Below, in pieces: positions 1 through 13,454 of a DNA stretch of 64,000 bases; position 1 is the first letter of the stretch; each line of letters opens with the position of its first letter. The position numbers were made by a program, and so were the translations under genes. This DNA comes from Octopus vulgaris (taxonomy: Eukaryota): contig OX597819.1 in assembly GCA_951406725.2 (NCBI GenBank), positions 10,912,001-10,976,000 on the forward strand, written 5' to 3'. The notes beneath the pieces were generated by a model, which saw nothing but the letters and a program-made list of their open reading frames with translations, was not told the origin of the DNA and did no database searches.

Positions 1-174
1 TTTGACTTCTATTTTGATTAATGACCATCAATTTCAAATTTTGGTAATTTCTATTAAAGCACACATACACACATACATATGCACACACATGCACACATAC
101 ATGCACACACACACACACACATTGCCACTCTCAATACTTCGTTATTTAGTTCCTCTGGTAGTCATTTGACAGGC

Positions 175-588
175 TCTCTTTACTCTTTATTCTTTTACTT
201 GTTTCAGTCATTTGACTGCGGCCATGCTGGAGCACCACCTTTAGTCGAGCTAATCGACCTCGGTACTTATTCTTTGTTAGCCCAGTACTTATTTTATCGG
301 TCTCTTTTGCCAAACCGCTAAGTGACGGGGACGTAATCACACCAGCATTGGTTGTCAAGCAATGCTAGGGAGACAAATACAGACACACAAACACACACAC
401 ACATACATATATATATACATATATACGACAGGCTTCTTTCAGTTTCCGTCTACCAAATCTACTCACAAGGCATTGGGCGGCCCGAAGCTATAGCAGAAGA
501 CACTTGCCCAAGATGCCACGCAGTGGGACTGAACCCAGAACCATGTGGTTGGTTAGCAAGCTACTTACCACACAGCCACTCCTGTGCC
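175..588 (-). mobile_element. tRNA-derived SINE, family A (head GGCGCAGGAGTGGCTGTGTGG, internal microsatellite, (AAAGAGT)n tail)
   Basis: Reverse complement shows A-box-like TGGCTGTGTGG, B-box-like GGTTCAGTCCC, CTTGGGCAAGT motif and short-repeat tail; more than 10 similar copies in the window. Confidence 0.9.
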
Positions 589-1229
589 TGGTCATATTAA
601 GTTAATGATATCCTAAATCTTAATTTTTAATTTACTGTCTTAATTATAAAATTATCTCTTGCATAACATCACTCCACAGATATAACCAGTTTTTCATCCT
701 TTCAACTTTGGAATATGACTTTTACTCTTTTACTCATTTCAGCCATGTGGCTGTAGTCATGCTGAAGCACCACCATGGAAACTTGTTCAAATTTTTGTCT
801 ATTAAATCTAATTTTTTTCTGTCTTCCTTTCTTTTTTTTATATTTTTCACCATCATCAGCTTACAAATTTGTTGTTATTTTTATTTTCATGAATTGTCCA
901 CAAAATAATTTCCCTGGTGATAGTGATTCACTGTTACCAGTGCTATTCTTCAACTTTATTTTTCAGTTTGTCTGTGGTCACCAGTTTTCAGCTATCACTA
1001 TAGGATATTACTATAAGTTCCTGTTTGTAAACAGGTGGATTTAAAAACAAATCGGAAAAATGTTGAAACAATAAAAATAAATTCAGGGATGTCACCAATA
1101 ACACATTGTAGCTGTAATCCAAAATACCTTCTTCCCTCACAAAATGATTTGAACCATTACATCTGTAGATGCCAGTTTTATTAACAAAAGAAAAAGTAGA
1201 ATTATTTTTACATGGTTAGTTGAAGTTAG

Positions 1230-1567
1230 TGAAGGCGCGTAGCTCAGTGGTTAGAGCATCGACCTTACGATCGTGAGGTTGTGAGCTCGAATCCCGGACG
1301 AGGTTGTGCGTTGTGTTCTTGAGCAAGACACTTTATTTCACGTTGCTCCAGTTCACTCAGCTGTAGAAATGAGTTGCGACATCACAGGTGCCAAGCTGTA
1401 TTGGCCCTTGTCTTTCCCTTGGACAACATCGGTGACGTGGAGAAGGGAGGCCGGTATGCATGGGCAACTGCTGGTCTTTCATAAAACGACCTTGCCCAGA
1501 CTTGTGCCTCAAAGGGTAACTCTCTAGGTGCAAACCCATGGTCAGTGTCTGACCGAAGGGGGTCACC
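1230..1567 (+). mobile_element. tRNA-derived SINE, family B (CORE-like central motif)
   Basis: Head GGCGCGTAGCTCAGTGG...TCGAATCCC; CTTGAGCAAGACACTT..CAGCTGTAGAAATGAGT core; 10-bp TSD AGTTGAAGTT at 1218-1227 and 1568-1577; second copy at 53954-54296. Confidence 0.9.
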
Positions 1568-1800
1568 AGTTGAAGTTTAGAGGGATCCATGAAATACAAT
1601 GCATTCTTCTGAATCATTTATGGTGCTTCTTAATTTCTAGGGGCCCATGAAAGCGAAACATAATTTTGAAGAAAGTAATTTTATAGAAACAAAATCTTTA
1701 ATCTGTAATCCTTGATTTACTTTTAATTGCTTGAACTCTTTTCTGTTAACATTTGATTTATTTTTGGCTGCAGGCCTACTTATCTGTCCTAGATATAATT

Positions 1801-2189
1801 GTGGAGGCACAATGGCCCAGTGGTTAGGGCAGCGGACTCGCGGTCATTGGATCGCGGTTTCGATTCCCAGACCGGGCGTTGTGAGTGTTTATTGAGCGAA
1901 AACACCTAAAAGCTCCACGAGGCTCCGGCAGGGGATGGTGGTGATCCCTGCTGTACTCTTTCACCACAACTTTCTCTCACTCTTACTTCCTGTTTCTGTT
2001 GTACCTGTATTTCAAAGGGCCGGCCTTGTCACTCTCTGTGTCACGCTGAATATTCCCGAGAACTACGTTAAGGGTACACGTGTCTGTGGAGTGCTCAGCC
2101 ACTTACACGTTAATTTCACGAGCAGGCTGTTCCGTTGATTCGGATCAACCAGAACCCTCGTCGTCATAACTGATGGAGTGCTTCCACAC
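1801..2189 (+). mobile_element. tRNA-derived SINE, family C
   Basis: Head TGGCCCAGTGG...TTTCGATTCCC; TSD AGATATAATT at 1791-1800 and 2190-2199; four more full copies in the window. Confidence 0.92.
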
Positions 2190-3533
2190 AGATATAATTA
2201 TAACAGAAGTATGTGTAAATTGTCTGGTCTTGGATGCCTGAGGCAAAATTAAACAAAATGAGTTTACATGACCGTTGTCAGTTCCTGTTTGGTTCTTGAG
2301 ACTATTTTCTCTTTGCTTTTATTCAGATTATATTTTCACACAGAATAACCAGTATATCACAGACTATTCAGCTGTCAACAAAAATTTCCAATAAAAGAAG
2401 TGAAAAAAATGCTATTGTATTGGCGAAGACACAAACCTTGCAGAATTTTTCTTTCCTTTGAAAAAGGGAAACTTAGTACCTAATGAAGAATCAATAACAG
2501 ATGACCCTTTTGAGAAACTGACTTCACTCCTAAGTGCATCTGCAAAAAATAGGAAGAAGATACCAACTGAAGATATTTAAAATGAAGAATTACTGCACCT
2601 TACTAACATGGACAACAAAGTGCCATCCTGGGGTCAAGACTAAGCCGGTAGTTTTCTGCCAGAGAAAAGTATATGTCCATGTTCTTTCAGAACCCAGAAT
2701 CTTAACACCATTATATAAAGAAGGTAAAGGCAAACTAGATGGGCACTATCATTATTTAAAAAACTTATTGTTTTGTGTTATTTGTAACAATTGTGAGCAG
2801 CTTTTCAGAAAATGGATCCTGTACAGCCCATCAAAAAGTGAAGTTTATTGCTATTACTGTACTTTAATGTCAAGCTGCCATGACAAGTTTTCCAACAAGG
2901 ATGGCTTTAATGACTGGATGAAAAAAAAACAGAAGAGAAAATGAAAACAGATGAACAAAGCCAAGACCACAGAGATTGTGTGACAGTTCGATATTTCATT
3001 CACATTAATAGGGAGTTAGAAAAACAAAAAATATTGGACTGAAATATTGCACTATGTTGTGGTTGTGACAATATTTCTAACTGAGAGAGGCCTGGCATTT
3101 AGGGGTAGTAAAGAGATCATAGGATCTAAGCACGATAGGAATTTTGCAGAATTACTGAGCTTATTGCACAAATTTGATACATTTCTAAGGAAAACATTTG
3201 GCAATCCCAGAAGTAGTTGGCAGTGATACATATCAGTACCATCTATGAAGAATTTGTTCCACTGAATGCAAAATATATAAATCATATTGTGGCAGAACTT
3301 AAAACTACCAAGTATTTGTCAGTTTCTTAAGATTTAATCCAGACTGCATTCATGTTGATCAGCTAACAGTTATTGTGTTATGCTGTTCCTGGGAAGCTGA
3401 TAGAAAGTCTTCTAAGCTTCATGCAGACTAGTTCTCATAAAGCAAAAACACCAGTCACATCTGAGTTAGAAATTCTTAAAAACATAAAGCATAAAATTTG
3501 AAGACTGCATGAATAGTCCTATTTCAGTGCCAG

Positions 3534-3900
3534 TCATCATCATCATCATTTAGCATCCGTTCTCCATGCTAGCATGGGTTGGACGGTTCAACTGGGGTCT
3601 GTGAAGCTGGAAGGCTTCATCAGGCCCAGTCAGATCTGGCAGTGTTTCTACGGCTGGATGCCCTTCCTAACGCCAACCACTCCGTGAGTGTAGTGGGTGC
3701 TTTTTACATGCCACCCGCACAGGTGCCAGACAGAGCTGGCAAATGGCCACGAACGGATGGTGCTTTTACGTGTCACCGGCACGGGGGCCAGGCGAGGCTG
3801 GCAATGGACACGAACGGATGGTGCTTTTACGTGCCACCAACATGGGGGCCAGACAGAGCTGGCAAATGGCCACGAAACGGATGGTGCTTTTACGTGTCCT
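3534..3900 (-). mobile_element. Family E: 3' end of an RTE-type LINE or dependent SINE with Meta-like domain and (ATG)n tail
   Basis: Reverse complement has 50-60 bp repeated units, GGTTGGCGTTAGGAAGGGCATCCAGC and an (ATG)n tail; inserted in the hAT element. Confidence 0.8.
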
Positions 3901-4020
3901 ACACAGGAATGCCAGACCTAAGGAAAAGAAATTCTGTTCCTGTTGTTGAATCTTGTTGGAATGCTAATGTATCTTGCTGTGTTGAAGCTGTTCGTTATTT
4001 TGGCTTCATACAAAAGGTAT

Positions 4021-4397
4021 ACTCTTTTACTCTTTTACTTGTTTCAGTCATTTGACTGCGGCCATGCTGGAGCACCGCCTTAAGTCGAGCAAATCGACCC
4101 CGGGACTTATTCTTTGTAAGCCCAGTACTTATTCTATCGGTCTCTTTTGCCAAACCGCTAAGTGACGGGGATGTAAACACACCAGCATCGGTTGTCAAGC
4201 AATGCTAGGGGGACAAACACACACACATACATATATACGACAGGCTTCTTTCAGTTTCCGTCTACCAAATCCACTCACAAGGCATTGGTCGGCCCGGGGC
4301 TATAGCAGAAGACACTTGCCCAAAGTGCCACACAGTGGGACTGAACCCGGAACCATGTGGTTGGTTAGCAAGCTACTTACCACACAGCCACTCCTGC
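4021..4397 (-). mobile_element. SINE family A
   Basis: Matches other family A copies; interrupts the hAT frame after FGFIQKVY. Confidence 0.9.
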
Positions 4398-5743
4398 ATT
4401 GATATACAGATGGATAAATTTAATGAAATCTTAGGAAGGAAATAAAAGACAGCTAACTTTGAGATTCTCATCAGAAACTCACTGGTCTGCAAGAGCATAT
4501 ATTACTGAAGCCCTTGTCAATGGATATAGTTGCATTCAAAATGCACTCAGAGATATTGAAGATGAACAAACACCTGAAGCAAGGTATGAAGCTCAGACAT
4601 TGGTAGACAACATGGACTGTCTTGAAACTGTTGTAATTGCTAAGATTTGGAATTTAATTCTTGTATGGTTTAACAGTAAAGATAAAGTTTTTTTAAGGAG
4701 TTGACGTTAATCTGAATAAAGTGGTGAATCCTTGGAAAACTTTTGGAAATCACATCAGAGGTATGAAGAGTTAGAACTGGATGCCAGGAACATGTGTGGA
4801 AACAGATGATAAAGCAACGAAAAATAGACCAAAGGAGAGAATCAAACATGATGCAAATCTAGCAACAACTTCGGAGGAAGTTGTCCTTTCTGCAAGAGAA
4901 AAATTTAGATGTAGAACTTTCAATGTCATTTTAGATTAGTTGTTTATTACCTTATAAAAACAGAGGATAGCCTATCAATCAGTGTATGGCAAGTTCAAAG
5001 TTATAGGGAAATTATGAAGTTTACTTGATGCAGGGATAAGAATAGAAACAGAGAAACTTGTTACTACTTTCCCCTGTGATTTTAGTAATGTGTTCATAGA
5101 AGAAGCTGTAGTTTGCAGCCTTTTGTAAGGTCAGGTCATATCAGCAGGCATTTTAAAGGTCAAGTCATATCAACAGGCACTTTTAATCCATAAAAGAAGG
5201 GTTGCTGAAACCTTTCCAATAGTTGACATAGCTCTTAAAATATATTTGAGCTTCATGGTCTCTAGTTATTCAGGAGAGAGGCAATCAGTAAATTGGGACT
5301 GATGAAGAATTATCTGAGAACAACAGTGAAGTGTGAAAACCTAAGTACCTTGTGTTCTAAAGATGAAAAAAGTTTGAGGAAATCATTACAGATTTTCCCT
5401 GATACCAAGTGTAGAAAACTTTTTTTTTGGGATGTATTGTAGTAGTACATTGTGTTAAGTTGGTAAAACTTGCTATATTTAGTTTAGATGACAAAATTTT
5501 GCATTGACAGACACATTTAAACTTTCAGTGTCATGCAATAGGCAGATTTTGAGATTTAAATTTGATTTTCATGGATTTTAACTTCTGTGTATAAGAACTT
5601 GAAGTGCCTTGAACCCCACAAAGCTTTGAATCTGGCTCTGCAGGCAGGTGGAAATATTTACAATATCTTCTAGCCACAAGCTAAAGAGAAAATTTTTACT
5701 TAATCAATAGATCTGCTATAAATTCCAACCAAATCTGCCTTAA

Positions 5744-5963
5744 CCCTTTAGTGTTTAAACCGGCTATATCCGGCCTATATATTCTGCTCATTTTATGCTC
5801 AAACTGGCCAGAACCAGCATCTAACACCTACCCTGCAATGTCATTCTAAAAATAAACAATTACATCTTTCAAATTTTGAAGCTACAAGATAATACCAGAT
5901 TAATTTTTTTAAATGTAAATGAATAAGGATTACTTCTGACATATTAATTTGAACGCTAAAGGG
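5744..5963. mobile_element. TTAA-flanked MITE (piggyBac-like), family 1
   Basis: TTAA|CCCTTTAG...CTAAAGGG|TTAA; related copy in opposite orientation at 52344-52561. Confidence 0.85.
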
Positions 5964-6449
5964 TTAAACCACAACTGTCTAAAAAATGGATATATTGGGT
6001 GACGTAATTTGAGATGTACTAGGTTTACATAAAGGAAAAGACAGGATTGTCAAAAATCATAATATATTTTGTGTATGTGTGATAATTAAAAGTTTTTTCT
6101 GAGTTGATATTTCATTTAATTTTCAGTATGGAATATTATGTTAATGAAAAGCAGTGAGCTGGCAGAATTGGTAGCATGCTGGACAAAAAGCTTAGTGGTT
6201 TCCATCCATCTTTATGTACTGAGTTCAAATTCTACTGAGGAAGACTTTGCCTTTCATCATTTTGGGGTCAATATAATTAACTTACCTCCCAGCCAAACTT
6301 GCTACCTTCATGCCAAAATTTGAAACTAATATTACGTCAATGAAGTGTTGGTGGAACTGTTGGAGTATTGCTATCTACAACCTCATTTTTAATATTTAAG
6401 ATAGTTTTTATTAGTAATCTAATTTCTTTGATTAGTGTCTGGTGTACTC

Positions 6450-9400
6450 TATTTCTTTTATTCCAAAGTATTTATAGGTCTAGTTCTTTAATTTCTGTTT
6501 CTTTATCTGTAATTTTAATTACTTTTTTCTTTCCTTGAAGTTGCATCTTTGCAATTTTCTAAATCGAATTTCACATCAATTTCCCCTCTGAATCCATGCC
6601 ATGTGTATAATAGTGTTTCCTGTTCTTTGTCATTTCAAACAAACAACTTGAAGTCACCTTTATGCAAAAGTGCTTGTATTTGCATCCAGTCTGCTTTTAC
6701 ATTTTGATTAATGGTATTAGCACCAAGTAGAAAATTTGTGGAAGGTGGGAAACCTCTTAGAATATTTCTCTTCTGATCAGTAGGGGTTTTATTTTAATTA
6801 TATCATCATTTTTTGTTGTTATGCATAACATGTTTCATATACCCGTTAGCTATTCATGAAATATTAGACATTTAATGTTTCATGAAATCATGAGAGAGGG
6901 ACACTCTCACAAAGCTGTATGCATTTAGAATGCTCATATCACACTTTCATTTACCACATTCCTCACTTATAACTATATTGATCAGTGATTTATTTTCACA
7001 TCCATTCAAACCTTTTTAGCATTCCTCCTGCTATTCTGGAAGTGTGTAGCTTTTTCCTGGTGAGCATTACTTATACTTTGTGATAATCTATCTATTCTGT
7101 GATAATACTTTGTGATAATCTATACTTTGTGATAATCTATCTATTCTGTGATAATACTTTGTGATAATCTATACTTTGTGATAATCTATCTATTCTGTGA
7201 TAATACTTTGTGATAATCTATCTAGTCTGTGATAATACTTTGTGATAATCTATCTATTCTGTGATAATACTTTGTGATAATCTATACTTTGTGATAATCT
7301 ATCTATTCTGTGATAATACTTTGTGATAATCTATCTATTCTGTGATAATACTTTGTGATAATCTATACTTTGTGATAATCTATCTATTCTGTGATAATAC
7401 TTAGTGATAATCTATACTTTGTGATAATCTATCTAGTCTGTGATAATACTTTGTGATAATCTATCTATTCTGTGATAATACATTGTGATAATCTATACTT
7501 TGTGATAATCTATCTATTCTGTGATAATACTTTGTGATAATCTATCTATTCTGTGATAATACTTTGTGATAATCTATACTTTGTGATAATCTATCTATTC
7601 TGTGATAATACTTTGTGATAATCTATACTTTGTGATAATCTATCTAGTCTGTGATAATACTTTGTGATAATCTATCTAGTCTGTGATAATACTTTGTGAT
7701 AATCTATACTTTGTGATAATCTATCTATTCTGTGATAATACTTTGTGATAATCTATCTATTCTGTGATAATACTTTGTGATAATCTATACTTTGTGATAA
7801 TCTATCTATTCTGTGATAATACTTTGTGATAATCTATACTTTGTGATAATCTATCTATTCTGTGATAATACTTTGTGATAATCTATACTTTGTGATAATC
7901 TATCTATTCTGTCATAATACTTTGTGATAATCTATCTATTCTGTGATAATACTTTGTGATAATCTATACTTTGTGATAATCTATCTAGTCTGTGATAATA
8001 CTTTGTGATAATCTATCTATTCTGTGATAATACTTTGTGATAATCTATACTTTGTGATAATCTATCTATTCTGTGATAATACTTTGTGATAATCTATACT
8101 TTGTGATAATCTATCTATTCTGTGATAATACTTTGTGATAATCTATACTTTGTGATAATCTATCTATTCTGTGATAATACTTTGTGATAATCTATCTAGT
8201 CTGTGATAATACTTTGTGATAATCTATCTATTCTGTGATAATACTTTGTGATAATCTATACTTTGTGATAATCTATCTATTCTGTGATAATACTTTGTGA
8301 TAATCTATCTATTCTGTGATAATACTTTGTGATAATCTATACTTTGTGATAATCTATCTATTCTGTGATAATACTTTGTGATAATCTATACTTTGTGATA
8401 ATCTATCTAGTCTGTGATAATACTTTGTGATAATCTATCTATTCTGTGATAATACTTTGTGATAATCTATACTTTGTGATAATCTATCTATTCTGTGATA
8501 ATACTTTGTGATAATCTATCTATTCTGTGATAATACTTTGTGATAATCTATACTTTGTGATAATCTATCTATTCTGTGATAATACTTTGTGATAATCTAT
8601 ACTTTGTGATAATCTATCTAGTCTGTGATAATACTTTGTGATAATCTATCTGTTCTGTGATAATACTTTGTGATAATCTATACTTTGTGATAATCTATCT
8701 ATTCTGTGATAATACTTTGTGATAATCTATCTATTCTGTGATAATACTTTGTGATAATCTATACTTTGTGATAATCTATCTATTCTGTGATAATACTTTG
8801 TGATAATCTATACTTTGTGATAATCTATCTATTCTGTGATAATACTTTGTGATAATCTATACTTTGTGATAATCTATCTAGTCTGTGATAATACTTTGTG
8901 ATAATCTATACTTTGTGATAATCTATCTATTCTGTGATAATACTTTGTGATAATCTATACTTTGTGATAATCTATCTATTCTGTGATAATACTTTGTGAT
9001 AATCTATACTTTGTGATAATCTATCTATTCTGTGATAATACTTTGTGATAATCTATACTTTGTGATAATCTATCTATTCTGTGATAATACTTTGTGATAA
9101 TCTATACTTTGTGATAATCTATCTATTCTGTGATAATACTTTGTGATAATCTATACTTTGTGATAATCTATCTATTCTGTGATAATACTTTGTGATAATC
9201 TATACTTTGTGATAATCTATCTATTCTGTGATAATACTTTGTGATAATCTATACTTTGTGATAATCTATCTATTCTGTGATAATATTTTGTGATAATCTA
9301 TACTTTGTGATAATCTATACTTTGTGATAATCTATACTTTGTGATAATCTATCTATTCTGTGAAAATACTTTGTGATAATCTATACTTTGTGATAATATA

Positions 9401-10000
9401 CTTTGTGATAATCTATACTTTGTGATAATCTATACTTTGTGATAATCTATCTATTCTGTGATAATCTATCTATTCTGGAAGTGTGTAGCTTTTTCCTGGT
9501 GAGCATTACTTATACTTTGTGATAATATTGCTGTTGAGTTTTTGTGCATTGTAGCCAGGAAAGGCATGGGTTGGTTGTTCTGAAGATTTGCTTTACTCAG
9601 GGAATCATTGTGGTATTGTTTCTAACTCCTATAATATATCACTGAATATTATAAACACTTAGATTAAATATTCTAACCCAAAGTTTGGCACTCAATCATT
9701 TTCAGGTACTTTTCAATTCTTTCAAAATAGTTGGGATGCTTTTGTATTGAGAGTTCCTCACACAATTGTTCTATTGTTGTGTTTGGTTTGGAGCATTCTT
9801 GATAGTAGTTATCCATTTGTTCTGTAAATGACTCTCTCAAATCTAATTCCTTTGGTGTTGATGCTGTATTTGTTTATTTTTACTTCTTAGTTCTTGGTTC
9901 TTGGTAAAACTGTTTTGATTTAGAAATTGTTTATGTTGAAAGAAGTGTTGTCCTTTTACATGAAGATAGGTATTTTTCTGGCTCTTACTTCAAGTAAGTC
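6450..10000 (-). mobile_element. Heavily decayed R4/Dong-like non-LTR retrotransposon RT remnant, split by the satellite
   Basis: Broken minus-strand frames KVPEND*VPNFGLEYL, QPMPFLATMHK and LPE*QEEC*KGLNGCENKSLIN resemble R4-clade RT motifs; boundaries approximate. Confidence 0.55.
7088..9469. repeat. Complex minisatellite of 13/17/19-bp units sharing TGTGATAAT, bracketed by 57-bp direct repeats
   Basis: Units ACTTTGTGATAAT, CTATACTTTGTGATAAT, CTATCTA(T/G)TCTGTGATAAT; flanks 7031-7087 and 9470-9526 identical. Confidence 0.97.
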
Positions 10001-11123
10001 TACTGTTTGTCATGTTGAATTTGAATCTCTCTCCCTCTCACTTTTCTCTCTCTCTCTCACTCTTTCTCTCTCTCCCCTCTCTCTTTCTCTCTCTCCCCTC
10101 CCTCTCTCTAATTATTTATCTTTGTAGTTTATTTCAATTTCAGAGATTTTCTCTTTTTCATTTTTTCCGTCCCTTTATCTTATTTCTTTTTCATGTTTCC
10201 CTGACCCTAGACTCTAGAGTCTGGAGTAGTGGTTCCCAACCTTCTCACTACCAAGGACACCTTTTTTTTAAATGAGTTTTCCCACGGACCCCAGGATATT
10301 GAAAGGTCTGTAGTACTGGGGGGTCTTCACATTCTTTCTCTCTTCCAGGTATCAAATTCAAACAACACATTTACCATCTAACTAATCTGGGGCCCCAAAT
10401 GAAATGGTTTACATTTGTATAGTTTGCCATTCTTTGTTTTGAGCTGAATTCATGTCTTATTGATTCGATTTGTTCTTTGTGTGGTTACATGTGGTGGACA
10501 GTCAATGAGAGAGAAATAGAGTGACAAAAAAGGTGAGAGAAACAAAGAGCAAAAAAGAGAGAGAAATATATGGGTGAAGAGCAATAAAATTTAAATAAAA
10601 AGTAACTTACACAGATAACCTTCAGCATTTTCATTAGTTGTTTTTTGTATTTCTTTCATTCTTATTTTATTGATTGTAATCAATATTTTTCAGTGTAGGG
10701 TCATGCAAGTCAAGAACTGGAATTACTATAATTGACTGTTACTCCATCTTCCTCAACCCACTTAAAAAAATTCTGGCTTTTTGCCTACATAAGAAATCGT
10801 TATTATTATAAATAAACCCTCCTAGTTATTATAATCATAGCAGAATCGTTAGTATGCTGGACAAAATGCTCCATGGCATTTCTTCTGGCTTTACATTCTG
10901 AGTTCAAATTCCACTGAGGCTGACTTTGCCTTCCATCTTTTTCGGAGGCAATAAAATAAATACCAATTGAGTGCTGGGATTAATGTCATCTCTTAGACTA
11001 CTCACCAAATTTCAGACCCTGTACATATAGTAGAAAGAATTATCATTACAAAGATGGTGATGAATTCGTACAATCATAAGGGTCTCAATCAGAATACCTA
11101 GTTGTATTTGTTGTAGGTTTTAA

Positions 11124-11344
11124 CCCTTTCGTTACTGTATTTATTTTGAGATGCTCTGTGTTTCTGCCAATTATTTTAAATATAACAAAGAATTCAGTAA
11201 AATTACATCGTTATCATTGAGCTAGTGTTAGGAACATAAATTGTGACTAAGGTTTGGTGGAAGATTTGAATTCAAAACTTATGAAAACAAGACATTTATA
11301 CTAAAGAGCCAGAGCCAGTTTCAGCCGGGTTGGTAACGAAAGGG
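11124..11344. mobile_element. TTAA-flanked MITE (piggyBac-like), family 2
   Basis: TTAA|CCCTTTCGTTAC...GTAACGAAAGGG terminal inverted repeats; copies at 39549 and 42762. Confidence 0.85.
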
Positions 11345-12587
11345 TTTGTTATGAGTTCAAAGTTAACTTTACCTTTCTGAAACTGATAAAATAAAATACC
11401 TATCATGCACTGGGATCAAGTTACTAATTACATTCTGAGTCCAAATCTTACCAAGTTCAACTTTGCCTTTCATCCCTCCAGTTTAAATAAAATAAAGTAC
11501 CTGTCAAGTACTTAGTGGGGAGTTAATGTAATTGATAACTCCTTTCTTTTAATATCCCAGGCCTACAGCTTATATTATTCTTTTTATTCTTTTACTTGTT
11601 TCAGTCATTTGACTGTGGCCATGTTGGAGCAACACCTTGAAGAACTTTTAGTTGAATGAATAGACCCCAGTACTTAGCTTTTATTTTTAAAGCCTGCTTC
11701 TTATTCTATTGGTTTCCATTTGCTGAACCACTAATTTTTATAATTTTAACCTTCTTAGTTTGTAAATTTTAATTTCTAATTTTCAATTTTAATTTTTAAT
11801 TAGGTTTAATTCTTAATCCTTTAATGGCTACGAAGTTTGAAATACAATTTTTAATATCTGTACTAAACTATTGTCCTTATAACCTTACCCAGATTGGGTA
11901 AGGTCCTTATAAACTTACCCAGATTGGCCTTCCACCCCTCCTACTAAAACTTTAACTTTTGACCTCCAACCCTCATACAATACTGACATATCTATATTGT
12001 TACCTTTACTTTTATTTATTTATTTTCATCTTATTATTCTTTACCCTGTTACCTCCATCATATTTTATTTTTATTCCCTTTCTCCTCTCTCCCATACACA
12101 CCCACTCACAAAACCCATTTAGAATATATCATTACCTTTTCTTTTCTTTTGTAATTATTATTATTGTTGTTGTTGTTGTTATTATTTTTCCCTTTTACCA
12201 CCATCTTATTTTCTAATAATTTCTCAAATCTCTCTTTCCCCCCCCTCTCTCTCATACACCCACTCACAAAATCCATTTATGTCCATCATACTTTCTTGCT
12301 CTATATGCACATTTACAATTTGAATACATCATTCAGAACACTGACAAAATTTTACCTGGATTTACCTGGAATTTAACTAAAAACCTACCTTAATGGAAGT
12401 ACTGACCAACATCCATATCCTCTGGAAAAAATGAGTTGTGAACATTATTCTGTCTATATTCTTCTAACTACTTTTACTCTTTATTCTTCTCTTTTACTAC
12501 TTTATTTTTCTATTTTATTCCTTAGAAACTGTGAATTTTATTCCACGAAGACTGTAAATTTTTCCCCATCTAGAATATTCATACCTT

Positions 12588-12646
12588 GTCTCTGATAACA
12601 GAATGCTAACCAGCCACTTGGGTTATCCCAGAAACAGCTGTAAGAC
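12588..12646 (+). ncRNA. Decayed type I hammerhead ribozyme motif in PLE-like terminal sequence
   Basis: GTCT-CTGATAA...GAAAC-AGCT-GTA-AGAC; helix I intact, G8 mutated, helix II poor. Confidence 0.55.
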
Positions 12647-12752
12647 TTCAAATTCACCTTACCCTAATTAAATTATTCTAAATGACTTGAGATACTTGTT
12701 CTGCCTTGGTTTTGATTTTTCCTCTAATATAATATAATATATATATATATCA

Positions 12753-13062
12753 TGGAGGCGCAATGGCCCAGTGGTTAGGGCAGCAGACTCGCGATCGTAG
12801 GATCGCGGTTTCGATTCTCAGACCGGCCGTTGTGAGTGTTTATTGAGCGAAAACACCTAAAGCTCCACGAGGCTCTGGCAGGGAGTGGTGGCGGTCCCTG
12901 CTGAACTCTTTCGCTACAACTTTCTCTCATTCTTTCTTCTGTTGGCCTGCTCGCTTAGCCAGCGGGGTGGCGTCATTTGAAGGCTAAAACAATGTGAAGT
13001 GCATTGTGACCAGCGATGTGTAGCAACATCTGATAGCCTGGTCGGTCAAGGTGATCACGGTG
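12753..13062 (+). mobile_element. SINE with family C head and a different 3' tail
   Basis: Matches family C to about 12944, then an unrelated tail ending CAAGGTGATCACGGTG; low-complexity TSD ATATATATATATCA. Confidence 0.85.
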
Positions 13063-13075
13063 ATATATATATATC

Positions 13076-13165
13076 AGGTTCAGTCCCACTGTGCAGCACC
13101 TTGAGCAAGTATCTTCTACTATAGCCTTGAGCTGACCAAAGCCGGAAACTGAAAGAAGCCCATCG

Positions 13166-13214
<49 letters not shown>

Positions 13215-13418
13215 TTGTGTGTCTGTGTTTGTTTCCCCACCCTTGCTTGACAACTGATATTGGTGTGCTTACGTCACCATAACTTAGTGGTTGAGCAAAC
13301 GAGACCGATAGTATAAGTAAGTACTAGGCTTACAAAGAATAAGTCCTGAGGTCGACTAAAGGCAGTGCTGCAGCATGGCTGCAGTCAAATGACTGAAACA
13401 AATGGAAGAATATGAATG

Positions 13419-13454
<36 letters not shown>

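Larger units (their letters stand above)
2400..5640 (+). mobile_element. Decayed hAT DNA transposon (TTF-type zinc finger transposase), interrupted by younger repeats
   Basis: Broken frames give RKWILYSPSKSEVYCYYC..GFNDW, LAFRG, SETHWSAR and KLGLMKNYLRTT (hAT dimerisation region); many stops and frameshifts; candidate 3' TIR AATCTGGCTCTG ends 5640; 5' boundary approximate. Confidence 0.8.

Noticed and set aside
146-600. Recurrent short ORFs (MTTDAGVFTSP.., MVVIPAVLFHH.., FDCGHAGAPPL..) that look like a gene family
   Set aside because: They are chance frames in SINE copies
1230-1300. SINE heads as tRNA genes (families A-D)
   Set aside because: Acceptor stems do not close and each continues into a SINE body with TSDs
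7088-9469. CRISPR-like repeat array
   Set aside because: No unique spacers, only three recurring units, eukaryotic context, no cas genes
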